Shown: piece by piece, positions 9,991-19,543 of the stretch
Position numbering within the stretch: position 1 is the first letter of the stretch
Layout of the letters: every line of letters starts with the position of its first letter
DNA from: a virus
Length of the DNA stretch: 64,000 bases
Virus record (IMG/VR): IMGVR_UViG_3300017788_001394
Span: 1 to 64,000 of that record
Strand: one strand, 5' to 3'
The notes under the pieces: model-generated
What the model was told of the DNA's origin: nothing
What the model saw: the letters and a program-made list of their open reading frames with translations, nothing else
The model's database searches: none
Program-made: the position numbers and the translations under genes

Positions 9991-10880
9991 AACAATATCA
10001 TGACGCACTAAATCATATACTAACTTACGGAAAAGATGTGAATGATAGAACAGGCGTAGGTACTCGCAGTATGTTCGGGTATCAAATGCGCTTTGATCTT
10101 AACGAAGGGTTTCCTGCTGTAACAACAAAACGTTTAGCATGGCGTGCTGTAGTAGGAGAATTGCTATGGTTTTTAGAAGGATCTACAGATGAACGACGAC
10201 TTGCAGAAATCACTTACGAAAAACCTAGAGCCGAGTTGGTGGGAAAATCAACGATATGGACTGCAAACGCCGACGCACAGGGCCGGTCTTTGGGATACAT
10301 CAACACTGATACCCGCAAAGAACTTGGCCCAGTGTACGGGCATCAATGGCGTCGGTTTGACGGTGCAAACCTCAACAAAGACAGTTTCGACTACAATGAA
10401 GGAACAGACCAAATTGCCCGACTCATACACGAAATTAAAACTAATCCAGACTCAAGACGACTTATACTATCCGCTTGGAACCCTGAACAGCTATCTGAAA
10501 TGGCATTACCTCCTTGTCACGCCCTTGCACAGTTTAGGGTCATTGACAACAAACTAAGCTGTCAACTGTATCAGCGTAGTGCTGACTTTGGACTAGGTGT
10601 TCCGTTTAATATAGCATCTTATTCACTATTGACACATATGCTAGCACAAATATGCGACTTAGAAGTAGGCGATTTTGTATGGACCGGCGGCGATTGTCAC
10701 ATTTACACTAATCATGTAGATGCTATTACAGAACAGTTGAACCGGCAACCGTTAGAATTACCAAAACTGATAATGCCAGCGTTTAGTTCCTTAGAAGAGT
10801 TACTGAGAACAAAAACAAGCGATTATATCTTAGAAGGATATAAACATTATCCGACAATTAATATGGATATGGCTGTTTAA
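9987..10880 (+). CDS. thyA: thymidylate synthase (canonical, dUMP-specific)
   Basis: DRTGVGT, ELLWFL, SRRL, LPPCH, QRSAD..LGVPFNIASY, HIY.NH, ends MAV. Confidence 0.97.
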   Translation: MKQYHDALNHILTYGKDVNDRTGVGTRSMFGYQMRFDLNEGFPAVTTKRLAWRAVVGELLWFLEGSTDERRLAEITYEKPRAELVGKSTIWTANADAQGRSLGYINTDTRKELGPVYGHQWRRFDGANLNKDSFDYNEGTDQIARLIHEIKTNPDSRRLILSAWNPEQLSEMALPPCHALAQFRVIDNKLSCQLYQRSADFGLGVPFNIASYSLLTHMLAQICDLEVGDFVWTGGDCHIYTNHVDAITEQLNRQPLELPKLIMPAFSSLEELLRTKTSDYILEGYKHYPTINMDMAV

Positions 10881-10914
10881 CATTAAAAGGCAGTGCTAAG
10901 TGATAAATAAAAGT

Positions 10915-11493
10915 ATGAAGAATACAATTTATCACTTTCATCATATTATTCCTAAGCATATGGGCGGCACAGATGATCCTGGCAATTTAATCCGTTTAAC
11001 GGTCGAAGAACATGCAGAAGCACATCGTAAATTATACGAGGAACATGGCAATAAATTTGATTACATCGCTTATATGGCACTGTCAAATCAAATCGGTTAT
11101 GAAGAAGCAAATTATCTCAAGACGCTAGGTCCTAAAAATTGGACAAACGAAGGTTTGGAAAAACTTAGTAGGTTGGCTAAAGAGCGTAAAAGAGAAAAAA
11201 ATCCTTTTTATGGCAGATCACATACTAACGAAACCAAGTCTATATTACGAGAGAAAATGTCCGGGGAAAACTCTTGGATTAAAGATATTAATCCGAAAGA
11301 ACTACCATACACCAAGCAGTATATAATAGAATATGTAGACGGCACAATCAAAGAAGTATATGGATTAAAAATTATAGCGGAAGAGTTTAACACGAGTATA
11401 GCAAATCTACATGCTACTATAGGAAGAATGAAACAAGGAAAAATTCCAACAAAAGGAAAGTTCAAAGGAATTAACATATATGAGAAAAGATAG
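10915..11493 (+). mobile_element. free-standing HNH homing endonuclease with NUMOD3-type DNA-binding motif
   Basis: HHIIPKHMGGTDDPGNL...EHAEAH; NPFYGRSHTNETK. Confidence 0.85.
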
Positions 11494-11494
11494 T

Positions 11495-11548
11495 TTCACT
11501 GACTTTTACATTCCAATGGATAGTATTTCAGCACCGATGGCAATATAA
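11495..11548 (+). pseudogene. displaced 3' end of thyA
   Basis: Reads FTDFYIPMDSISAPMAI-stop, resembling ThyA C-termini (compare GYKHYPTINMDMAV-stop of the intact gene). Confidence 0.65.
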
Positions 11549-11578
11549 ATAGTTGTAGGATAATACAAGGAGAATATT

Positions 11579-11902
11579 ATGCCCGTTAGATTAGTTTTTA
11601 CTGCAGTTTACAAAAATGTTCAAGATATGTACACTGTGAAAATATATACAGAAAGTGTTAGTCAGTTGTACAACGAGTTTGTAGATGCCGGAAAAATTAC
11701 AAACCTATTAGAAGAAAAATCTATAGAAACATTAACAAAAACAATCACTATTACTTTCTTGAATCAAAGTGCATGGGATGAATACAGTGCTCGGTTAGAT
11801 ACTTTAAGAAGTCAAACCGAGTTAAACACGCTACAGCTCGGCGGAGCTGATATATCTGATATGTATTTAGAAGATGATACTGGTAACAGAACTCCAATTT
11901 AA
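11579..11902 (+). CDS. hypothetical protein, first gene of the enzyme island
   Basis: TATAAATA at 11544-11551 and AAGGAG SD. Confidence 0.75.
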   Translation: MPVRLVFTAVYKNVQDMYTVKIYTESVSQLYNEFVDAGKITNLLEEKSIETLTKTITITFLNQSAWDEYSARLDTLRSQTELNTLQLGGADISDMYLEDDTGNRTPI

Positions 11903-11919
11903 AAATAAGGTTAATTAAA

Positions 11920-13416
11920 TTGAATCCTTTTTACACATTAATCCCAAGCAACAAAATTGCCTTGAGTGATATTAACGAACAAATTACATATAAAGACCTA
12001 ATAAATGATGCTATAGAAATTAGGGATTGGCTAATCAACAATGGTTACAAACACGGTCATAGAATTGGCATTGCTGGAAAAAACTGTGTCAGAACTTACA
12101 AATATTTCCTTGCTGCACAGATGTTATCATCTGCAGTTGGCCTGCGTTCGGATTTTAAAGGTAACGATTGGAACTACAAAATACCCGCAGCAAATATAAA
12201 TGCAGTCATCGATTTAGGAAAAAACAGCGATGACCTGAAATTACACCATTATCATTATGAAAAATCTACCGAATGCCCCAAGGAATATGCTGTTTATTTT
12301 AGCTCTGGCACCACTAGTAACAAATGGGGATCTCCGCAAGCAACTCCAATGGTGTGGGACGTAGACGATTACAATTGGGGCATGGGAATCGATATTGTTA
12401 ATTACAACCGTGCAGTAATAAATCCATATTATAGAGAATCAGACGATAACATACAAATCCAAGCAATGGGTTCTTGGATGGGGTTTGGACAAGAAAGCAC
12501 TACACTTAATTTAATTAAACATGGTCATACAGTATTAGTTAGTGAGCATAATCCGTCTGAATGGGACTTACTTGTCGAACGTTACAAGCCTACGTGGACT
12601 GTTATGTTTCCGATGATTGCATCAAAACTAATGGAATCGAATACTGGCGGCGGCCATCCGATTAAATGTGTAGAGATGGCAGGTGCAAAGCCTACAATTA
12701 AGCAAACAGAAGAGTTTAAAAAATTCTTTAATTGTAATTATTTCACATCACATTACGGAACTTCGCAGTCAGGTAACAGTTTTCACAGTGCAGGCAACGG
12801 CGAAAATCTACAGCATATAGGAAAGCCTTGCTTAGGGTTTGTTCATGCATATGGAAAAGACTTTGTCCGAATTGGCAAACATGGAACATTAGAAATCAAA
12901 TGGCATGGGAGTCCTCCACATTATTGTAATCAAGACGGCTACTACGATACATGTGACATTGTCAGAATTAAGGATGACGGTGACTGGGAATTTTTGGGGC
13001 GTTCAAATGAGATGCTCATGATTCGCGGCGGTAGTAAATTACAAGCCCCTAGTATCGAAGATAGACTGATAGAAAATCCAAAAATTAAAGAAGTATACAT
13101 CTATCCAATACCCGAAAGCGATATTCAAAATCCAACTTTAGAAATTTCAAGAGAAGAGATCGACGCCGGGTCATTGTATCAAGTGCCTGGATGCTTATAT
13201 TACGGCGACTTAACTATAAAAGAAATAGAAGAATATTGCAAAGAACAGTTGCCAATATATCACAGGCCTGTTCAAATATTTAAACTAAAAAACAAACTAT
13301 CATCATTTGTCGAAAGTAATGTATGGAAAGTCCGTCGCTTGTCAATGCACGACACACTAAAAGAAAATGGTACCAGCTGGTGTGAAGATTATACACTGCA
13401 AACTACATATGATTAA
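11920..13416 (+). CDS. divergent adenylate-forming (ANL/AMP-binding) enzyme
   Basis: YFSSGTTS P-loop, HYGTSQ, YYDTCD, FLGR...IRGG, C-terminal KVRR. Confidence 0.8.
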   Translation: MNPFYTLIPSNKIALSDINEQITYKDLINDAIEIRDWLINNGYKHGHRIGIAGKNCVRTYKYFLAAQMLSSAVGLRSDFKGNDWNYKIPAANINAVIDLGKNSDDLKLHHYHYEKSTECPKEYAVYFSSGTTSNKWGSPQATPMVWDVDDYNWGMGIDIVNYNRAVINPYYRESDDNIQIQAMGSWMGFGQESTTLNLIKHGHTVLVSEHNPSEWDLLVERYKPTWTVMFPMIASKLMESNTGGGHPIKCVEMAGAKPTIKQTEEFKKFFNCNYFTSHYGTSQSGNSFHSAGNGENLQHIGKPCLGFVHAYGKDFVRIGKHGTLEIKWHGSPPHYCNQDGYYDTCDIVRIKDDGDWEFLGRSNEMLMIRGGSKLQAPSIEDRLIENPKIKEVYIYPIPESDIQNPTLEISREEIDAGSLYQVPGCLYYGDLTIKEIEEYCKEQLPIYHRPVQIFKLKNKLSSFVESNVWKVRRLSMHDTLKENGTSWCEDYTLQTTYD

Positions 13417-13424
13417 ATAGTCGA

Positions 13425-14162
13425 ATGAACGAGATAATTTTTGTAAGTTTTGAACCAGGGACTCGTGGACATTACATAGCACGGGTAATTGCATCTTTAC
13501 CACATGTACATTGGTATAGTCATCCGGACAATGGTATACGTCCTTGGAACTTAGCCAGTGCAAAAAATAGTAGTATCAGACAACGTCATGTGTTCCCGAA
13601 CCATTTTGACAGAATAGTAGACGGAGGGAAATTACCCCCTACATGGGATTATGTTAAAAACTTTTTTCCAGACTCCGACAAATATTATAACGAAATTTTT
13701 TTCCCAAGATTTAAAGAAATTACCCAAGACATAAAAAAGTCAATTGTTTATTGCACACACAGCTCGCCTGACTCATTATTAAGTGTATTTGAAAATTGCA
13801 AAATTTTAAATGTAGTCGAAGATACCGAAACTGTAGTTAATAAGTATTTGCAAACTACTGCAAATTTTCCTGGCTATATTCGATCTGCAGAAATTGTCGA
13901 CGAGACTAATCCATGGCTCATTCACTTAGAATGCCTTAAAGTTATCAAAGAAAACTTTACAGTAGCAGACTTGTGGGCATGGGATAAGTATCATGAATTG
14001 TACAATGTTAGCATGAAAGATTCGTATTTTAACGACTTGTATAATATGTTTGCACCTAAAGTAGAGTGCAGGAGAATAGATTATGATAACACACTGCCTA
14101 TTAGAATGCATCCAGACTGGCAAAATGTTAAGGACTTTCTATGTAAAGGAGAGGCTAATTGA
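13425..14162 (+). CDS. hypothetical, possibly sulfotransferase/P-loop-like fold
   Basis: N-terminal strand followed by FEPGTRGHYI, similar to 44932-45669. Confidence 0.45.
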   Translation: MNEIIFVSFEPGTRGHYIARVIASLPHVHWYSHPDNGIRPWNLASAKNSSIRQRHVFPNHFDRIVDGGKLPPTWDYVKNFFPDSDKYYNEIFFPRFKEITQDIKKSIVYCTHSSPDSLLSVFENCKILNVVEDTETVVNKYLQTTANFPGYIRSAEIVDETNPWLIHLECLKVIKENFTVADLWAWDKYHELYNVSMKDSYFNDLYNMFAPKVECRRIDYDNTLPIRMHPDWQNVKDFLCKGEAN

Positions 14163-14641
14163 TTAAGATAGACAAAAAATATGACATTGAAAAGATAAGA
14201 AATGAAATTGCGTTAATGTTAGCAACACATGAGTTAGTTAAAGGCTCACAGCTAATGTTGCAATCTCCCAATGGCGACGATTGGTATGACAACAGGGCCC
14301 CATATCAGATACACCCAGATCTCAGAGAAACAGATTTTAAAAAATCAAATACACCCGATGATTGGGAAATTACCCGATTTATCAATGAAAACGGACTGTG
14401 CAGAACAAGGCTTTTAAAACTTAAGTCTAGAGAATGTTACACCTGGCATAAAGATGTCGGTCACAGAATACATTTAGCAGTGATAACCAACGACAAATGC
14501 TTTTTTGTTGAACATGGTCAATTACAAAATATTCCTAGCGACGGCCATCCGTATATGGTCGATGTTGGCGATTATCATACAGCCATGAATTGTTCAGACT
14601 ACGATTTTGATAGAATACATTTAGTTGGAGTAATAAGATGA
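14159..14641 (+). CDS. Asp/Asn beta-hydroxylase-like 2OG-Fe(II) oxygenase
   Basis: WHKD...RIHL...YHTAMN...RIHLV. Confidence 0.75.
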   Translation: MIKIDKKYDIEKIRNEIALMLATHELVKGSQLMLQSPNGDDWYDNRAPYQIHPDLRETDFKKSNTPDDWEITRFINENGLCRTRLLKLKSRECYTWHKDVGHRIHLAVITNDKCFFVEHGQLQNIPSDGHPYMVDVGDYHTAMNCSDYDFDRIHLVGVIR

Positions 14642-14913
14642 AACAATGGAGAGTAGACATCTCTCCAAAATGCGAGGACGGAAACGAACTTTTTATTACG
14701 AAAAGCGGAGTTGTAAGACCATGCTTTTGGATTAACGAAGCAAGTCAAGAAAAAGATTTTTTTGACAAAAACGATAACTTTAATATGAAAGTCACTCCTT
14801 TAAAAGAAATAGTAGATGTTCATTTAAAAAAATTCGTCGATGATGTTAAGGAAGATCCGTTTAACGGACTAAAGGTATGCTTTTATGAATGTGCTAGATC
14901 ACGTAAAGATTGA
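14638..14913 (+). CDS. stand-alone SPASM/twitch Fe-S domain
   Basis: PKC...LFITKSGVVRPCFW...KVCFYEC; matches the C-terminus of 39155-40234. Confidence 0.75.
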   Translation: MKQWRVDISPKCEDGNELFITKSGVVRPCFWINEASQEKDFFDKNDNFNMKVTPLKEIVDVHLKKFVDDVKEDPFNGLKVCFYECARSRKD

Positions 14914-15478
14914 ACTAAGCTCTAAATGTAAATGTGCATGTTTCAAATGTCCGAGAACTATACTTAAAGGTTTGTATGACGAAACTGAAATTTCAGTAGA
15001 GTATGTAAAACAAGTAGTCGAGCTTAAACCTAAACGTGTAGTGCTAATGGGAAATTTAGGAGATCCTATATATCATTCTAAGTTTCCTGAAATTATAAAA
15101 ATGTTCAATGACCATAGTCAGCCATTTAATGTTCATACAGTAGGATCAGGGTATGATAAAGAATGGTGGAAAAATGTATATAATTTGTATGAAGATAGAA
15201 AAAGGTTTTCTAACAAATGGACATTTACGCTAGACGGATTAGAAAAAACTGCAGGTAAGTATAGAGTTGGATTAAATTACAACGAAGTTTTAGATGCAAT
15301 GTGTTTAGGTGCCGAGCTAGGCAAAAGAATTGCATGGGATTTTATTGTGCTAAAGCACAATGAAGACGATATAGAGAAAGTAAAAACACTTTCCGACAAA
15401 TACGGTTTTCAACTGAATATACACTACAATGATAGATGGCATGTAACTGATGCTTGGAAACCGAAAAAAAATATTTGA
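14885..15478 (+). CDS. radical SAM protein lacking its SPASM domain
   Basis: CKCACFKC (Cx3Cx2C), GNLGDP, FTLDGL, WDFIV..HN. Confidence 0.85.
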   Translation: MNVLDHVKIELSSKCKCACFKCPRTILKGLYDETEISVEYVKQVVELKPKRVVLMGNLGDPIYHSKFPEIIKMFNDHSQPFNVHTVGSGYDKEWWKNVYNLYEDRKRFSNKWTFTLDGLEKTAGKYRVGLNYNEVLDAMCLGAELGKRIAWDFIVLKHNEDDIEKVKTLSDKYGFQLNIHYNDRWHVTDAWKPKKNI

Positions 15479-15503
15479 CACTTCGATAATAAAGTGTTAA
15501 TAT
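15475..15503 (+). promoter_or_regulatory. sigma70-type promoter for the transporter genes
   Basis: TTGACA-N17-TAATAT with extended TG; AGGAG SD before 15542. Confidence 0.7.
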
Positions 15504-15541
15504 TCAATTACTAAAGTTTTTCTAAATTAGGAGATATATAT

Positions 15542-16537
15542 ATGAAAAGCAAAATTACTATTTTAGCTGCAGCAGTGTCTATGGCACTATTTGCATCTAA
15601 TGCATCTGCACAAGAATGCGATGACATTTCAATGGCAGGTCTAACTTGGGGCTCAGCTTCAATCCTAGGCGAAATCGACAAACAAGTCCTAGAAAAAGGG
15701 TTTGGCTGTAATGTAGAACTAATTCCAGGCGGCACTGTTCCGTCATTTACTTCTATGATAGAACAAGCACAGCCAGAGGTAATGGGCGAACTATGGCCAA
15801 ACGCTGCAGGCATTGATCTTTATAATGCTGCACTAGCAGACAACAGAATGGTAGAAGCTGCGGCACAATCACCAATCGGCGGTGTTGCAGAGGGATGGTA
15901 TATCCTTCCAGGCATTCTGGAAGAACACCCTGAACTAACAACACTAGAGGCAGTCCTTGCTCGCCCAGACTTGTTCCCTCACCCAGATGATCCAAGCAAA
16001 GGTGCATTTGTTACTTGTCCGCCAGGTTCAGGTTGCCAAATTTCAAACGCTAACCTATTCGTAGCATTTGATATGGAAGCTAAAGGCTGGAAAATGATCG
16101 AACCAGGCTCATATGAAGCAGAAGATGCTACTATTTCTAGAGCATCAGATCGCAATGAAGCATGGTTTGGCTATTACTCTGCGCCTACAGCATTCATCGG
16201 GAAGTATGATCTTCGTCAGCTGGACTGGGGAGTCGATTTTGCAGGCCAAGACAATTGGAACTGCATCACTAAACCTGATTGCCCTAATCCACAACCATCA
16301 AGCTGGACTGAATCATTTGTTCGCACTGTATTCACCAAAGACTTTGCCGATCGTGGGTTGACAAGTGTTCAGGCTTACTTCTCTAACCGTGTTGTCCCAG
16401 GTGACGTTATGAACGCACTATTGCTTTACATGGACGAAAATCAAGCAACACCCGAAGAAGTTGCCGAAATGTTCTTCAAAGAATACGACATCTGGACTGG
16501 CTGGGTTTCGGAAGACGTTGCAGCAAAGCTAAAGTGA
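15542..16537 (+). CDS. proX: glycine betaine/proline ABC transporter substrate-binding protein
   Basis: Signal peptide; W.SA, GFGCNVELIPG, ELW, EGWY, CPPGSGC, FGYYSAP. Confidence 0.85.
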   Translation: MKSKITILAAAVSMALFASNASAQECDDISMAGLTWGSASILGEIDKQVLEKGFGCNVELIPGGTVPSFTSMIEQAQPEVMGELWPNAAGIDLYNAALADNRMVEAAAQSPIGGVAEGWYILPGILEEHPELTTLEAVLARPDLFPHPDDPSKGAFVTCPPGSGCQISNANLFVAFDMEAKGWKMIEPGSYEAEDATISRASDRNEAWFGYYSAPTAFIGKYDLRQLDWGVDFAGQDNWNCITKPDCPNPQPSSWTESFVRTVFTKDFADRGLTSVQAYFSNRVVPGDVMNALLLYMDENQATPEEVAEMFFKEYDIWTGWVSEDVAAKLK

Positions 16538-16556
16538 TCTATTAGATTACTGCACC

Positions 16557-16584
16557 AAAGGACGGAGTTACTCCGTCCTTTTTT
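16557..16584 (+). terminator. intrinsic terminator
   Basis: AAAGGACGGAG-TTA-CTCCGTCCTTT followed by a T run. Confidence 0.85.
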
Positions 16585-16602
16585 ATAACTAATATTATAC
16601 AA

Positions 16603-17454
16603 ATGAATGTGTTATTAGAATTTCCAGAATTAAACAAAGAAGTCATCCGTGACATTAGACGTTCGATTGACGAAACGTTTCGTGCATTTTCCAGAGAATA
16701 TGGGAATTCTATAGAAACAGTTTTTGAACCATTACGATTTGTAATGATTCATTTTGAGAATTTACTCACCTTAACACCATGGCCTATAACACTAGCTGTT
16801 CTAGTATTTGCTACATATTACTTTACTAAAAATGTAAAGCTAGCTATTTCAGTGTTAGTTTACTTGTTATTGATAGGTGTATTTGGCTTATGGACTGCAA
16901 CAATGTATACACTATCTTTAGTTATTGTTGCTACAACAATTTCTGTATTATTTGGAATTCCTATCGGAATACTAATGGCTAAGTCTAATAGAGTACAGCG
17001 CATTATTACCCCAATACTTGATGTAATGCAAACTATACCTATCTTCGTATACCTTATTCCAGTTGTTATGTTGTTAGGCTTGGGGAAAATACCAGGTGTT
17101 ATATCAATGGTTATCTATGCAATACCCCCAATTATCCGATTAACTAATTTAGGTGTTCGACAAGTAGAAAAAGGTATGATAGAAGCTGCAATGTCACTAG
17201 GTATGACTCCATTACAAACGCTTCATCGAATCGAACTGCCATTGGCTAAAAAATCTATCATGGCTGGTGCAAACCAAACAGTAATGGCGGCGCTAGCAAT
17301 GGTAGTTATTGCATCAATGATCGGTGTACAAGGATTAGGAACACATGTGCTGCAAGCTGTTCAAAATCAATACATCGGTGCTGGTATTATGTATGGTGCT
17401 GCTATCGTAGGATTGGCGATAATCATTGACAGGATATTGCAGAATGCAAAATAA
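16603..17454 (+). CDS. proW: glycine betaine/proline ABC transporter permease
   Basis: PILDVMQTIP.FVYLIP, PPIIRLTNLG, EAA loop, ELPLA, MVVIASMIG. Confidence 0.9.
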   Translation: MNVLLEFPELNKEVIRDIRRSIDETFRAFSREYGNSIETVFEPLRFVMIHFENLLTLTPWPITLAVLVFATYYFTKNVKLAISVLVYLLLIGVFGLWTATMYTLSLVIVATTISVLFGIPIGILMAKSNRVQRIITPILDVMQTIPIFVYLIPVVMLLGLGKIPGVISMVIYAIPPIIRLTNLGVRQVEKGMIEAAMSLGMTPLQTLHRIELPLAKKSIMAGANQTVMAALAMVVIASMIGVQGLGTHVLQAVQNQYIGAGIMYGAAIVGLAIIIDRILQNAK

Positions 17455-18415
17455 TATTTGTATAGGAACAATGCTTTGGGGGACAAGGACCACAGAAATT
17501 GAAGCACACCGTATAATAAACTGTGCATTAGATCACGATATAAACTTTTTTGATACTGCAGAAAAGTATCCTACGTTTCCTTATAAGAACGAAACAGAAG
17601 GCATTAGTGAAACAATCTTAGGAAACTGGATTAAACAACATGGAAAAAAATTAGTAGTATCTACTAAAATGAAGTCACCTGTAGATGTCGATAATATTAT
17701 GGCATCTATAGAGTCAAGCCTGAACAGACTCGGGGTCGACACAATTGACTACTATCAATTCCATTGGCCCAATAGAGGATCGTATTGTTTCAGACAAAAT
17801 TGGAATTACGACCCATCTAGTCAAAATACTGGTAAAACGTTAGATTTTATGCATAACAGTTTAGAGGTTCTCAACGCTGCTAAAAAGCAAGGAAAAATAC
17901 TTAACTATGGTATGTCTAATGAAACTGCTTGGGGAATAACCAAATGGAATCAAATTGCCAAAGTTAATAACTTTGATACACTTTCGTTTATACAAAACGA
18001 ATATAGCTTACTCCATAGAATTTTTGAATTAGATTTAGCTGAAGCATGTCATCACGAAAACATAAAATTGCTTGCGTGGACACCTCTCGCTGGAGGATTA
18101 TTGTCTGGAAAATACACTAAAGAGATTACCCCGGACAATAGTAGAAGATCATATGGTGCGCTGGGTCCACGTGACACTGAAACTGTATGGCCCGCAGTAG
18201 AAGAATATAAGGCTATAGCAAGTAAACATAGTATTGATATTATACACATGTCTTTACTGTGGGTGTTGTCGAGACCTTTTATCAAAGCTGCAATAGTTGG
18301 TGTTACAACTGCAAAACAATTGCAGCATAATCTCGGATATCAAAAATACTCACTTACTCATGAGCTAATTGCAGACATAAACAAAGTTTATAAAAAATAT
18401 CCTATACCTTTTTAA
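17444..18415 (+). CDS. aldo/keto reductase (Tas-like)
   Basis: GTMLWG, FFDTAEKY, SETILG, SLNRL..D.IDYYQFHWPNR, SNETAWG, QNEYSLL. Confidence 0.9.
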   Translation: MQNNICIGTMLWGTRTTEIEAHRIINCALDHDINFFDTAEKYPTFPYKNETEGISETILGNWIKQHGKKLVVSTKMKSPVDVDNIMASIESSLNRLGVDTIDYYQFHWPNRGSYCFRQNWNYDPSSQNTGKTLDFMHNSLEVLNAAKKQGKILNYGMSNETAWGITKWNQIAKVNNFDTLSFIQNEYSLLHRIFELDLAEACHHENIKLLAWTPLAGGLLSGKYTKEITPDNSRRSYGALGPRDTETVWPAVEEYKAIASKHSIDIIHMSLLWVLSRPFIKAAIVGVTTAKQLQHNLGYQKYSLTHELIADINKVYKKYPIPF

Positions 18416-18837
18416 TAAACTGTTATTGCATATCGTGTTGTTTCTACACCTATTACGTTATGCGGTTCGTCTACTTTTAGCTCGTGCCATTTATTAGCAG
18501 GTAATACAATATCAAACAATATATCGCTGTCATCAGATGACTCAGATCTGTACCATCTAGTGCTAACATTGTTGCCGCCGGGATCAATGATGTAATTGAT
18601 AGCACGATTTCTCCCAATATCTATATGTATAGGAACACCATTGTTTAATACTTGATAATTAAAATTTGTGTAATCAAAAAACATCGGCTTAAGATACTCT
18701 TTAAGATCATGTTGACAATCGTGTATCGTGTAATCTTTAGACTCGCCACCGAACATGTTTTCTATTAGAAGAATCTCACTTAGTGGCAAAATTAAATGCA
18801 ATGGCACAGCGGGTTTATCCAGAAATTTACAATACAT
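18412..18837 (-). CDS. small 2OG-Fe(II)/cupin-type oxygenase
   Basis: PIHID...PHNV...RYAI (HxD...H...R). Confidence 0.6.
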   Translation of the reverse strand: MYCKFLDKPAVPLHLILPLSEILLIENMFGGESKDYTIHDCQHDLKEYLKPMFFDYTNFNYQVLNNGVPIHIDIGRNRAINYIIDPGGNNVSTRWYRSESSDDSDILFDIVLPANKWHELKVDEPHNVIGVETTRYAITVY

Positions 18838-19543
18838 AATTTCTACCTACATAAAATAGTTCACCTAGTGGATTCTTAGACACAATATCTCCTGTGGCAA
18901 ACCAATTGTTTCCGTACACACTAATATCACCTTTGACATACAACTCATTGTTTATTACTTTGTAATCACAATAGTAAGTGTTTCCTAATATTGTTCCTTT
19001 CGCTTGCCTGAGTTTAGATTCGTGTACTTCATTCACACTCTTAAACGTTGCGTTAATTGCAATAGGTCCAATTTCAGTCATGCCCCAATTAGCCATAAAC
19101 GTAGCACCACAGGCAACATACGCTTCAATGATATCCCAACTAACCGGATCACTTCCGCAAGTAATCCATACACCTGTCAAATCAATATCGCTAAATCCTT
19201 TAGTAAGCATAATAACATTTGCTTGTGCAGGAGTTAAATGAGAATGTGTATAGTTACGAATTTTTCGTATCCATGTAAACGCATTGAATGGTTCTACATC
19301 TATATCTGCGCCTATACTATAAGCAGGCAGTGTCTGTGCTAACATGCCGCCTGCATGTTCCATTTTACAAACAGTATAGACTTTACTAAGTCGTGTAATA
19401 TGTTGACTGTCAACTGCTACACGATTGGCTGCAACAATTTTTTCAGGCGGCTGAAATATTTCCTTAGGAGTACCAGTTGTGCCACTAGATCTCAGAATTA
19501 TTCCGTTATTGATTATGTTTTTTAAAATGTTGTTCAGTTCCAT
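18827..19543 (-). CDS. minimal adenylate-forming (ANL) core protein
   Basis: SSGTTGTPK, WGMTE, WFATGD, YVGR then stop. Confidence 0.8.
   Translation of the reverse strand: MELNNILKNIINNGIILRSSGTTGTPKEIFQPPEKIVAANRVAVDSQHITRLSKVYTVCKMEHAGGMLAQTLPAYSIGADIDVEPFNAFTWIRKIRNYTHSHLTPAQANVIMLTKGFSDIDLTGVWITCGSDPVSWDIIEAYVACGATFMANWGMTEIGPIAINATFKSVNEVHESKLRQAKGTILGNTYYCDYKVINNELYVKGDISVYGNNWFATGDIVSKNPLGELFYVGRNYVL

Noticed and set aside
9987-10880. ThyA as a dCMP/dUMP hydroxymethylase for DNA hypermodification
   Set aside because: It retains the canonical PFN Asn and the C-terminal MAV, and is paired with DHFR, as expected for an ordinary thymidylate synthase
10880-11548. Group I intron in thyA carrying the HNH gene
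   Set aside because: thyA is complete with its own stop, and only about 35 non-coding nt flank the HNH ORF, too little for a ribozyme core
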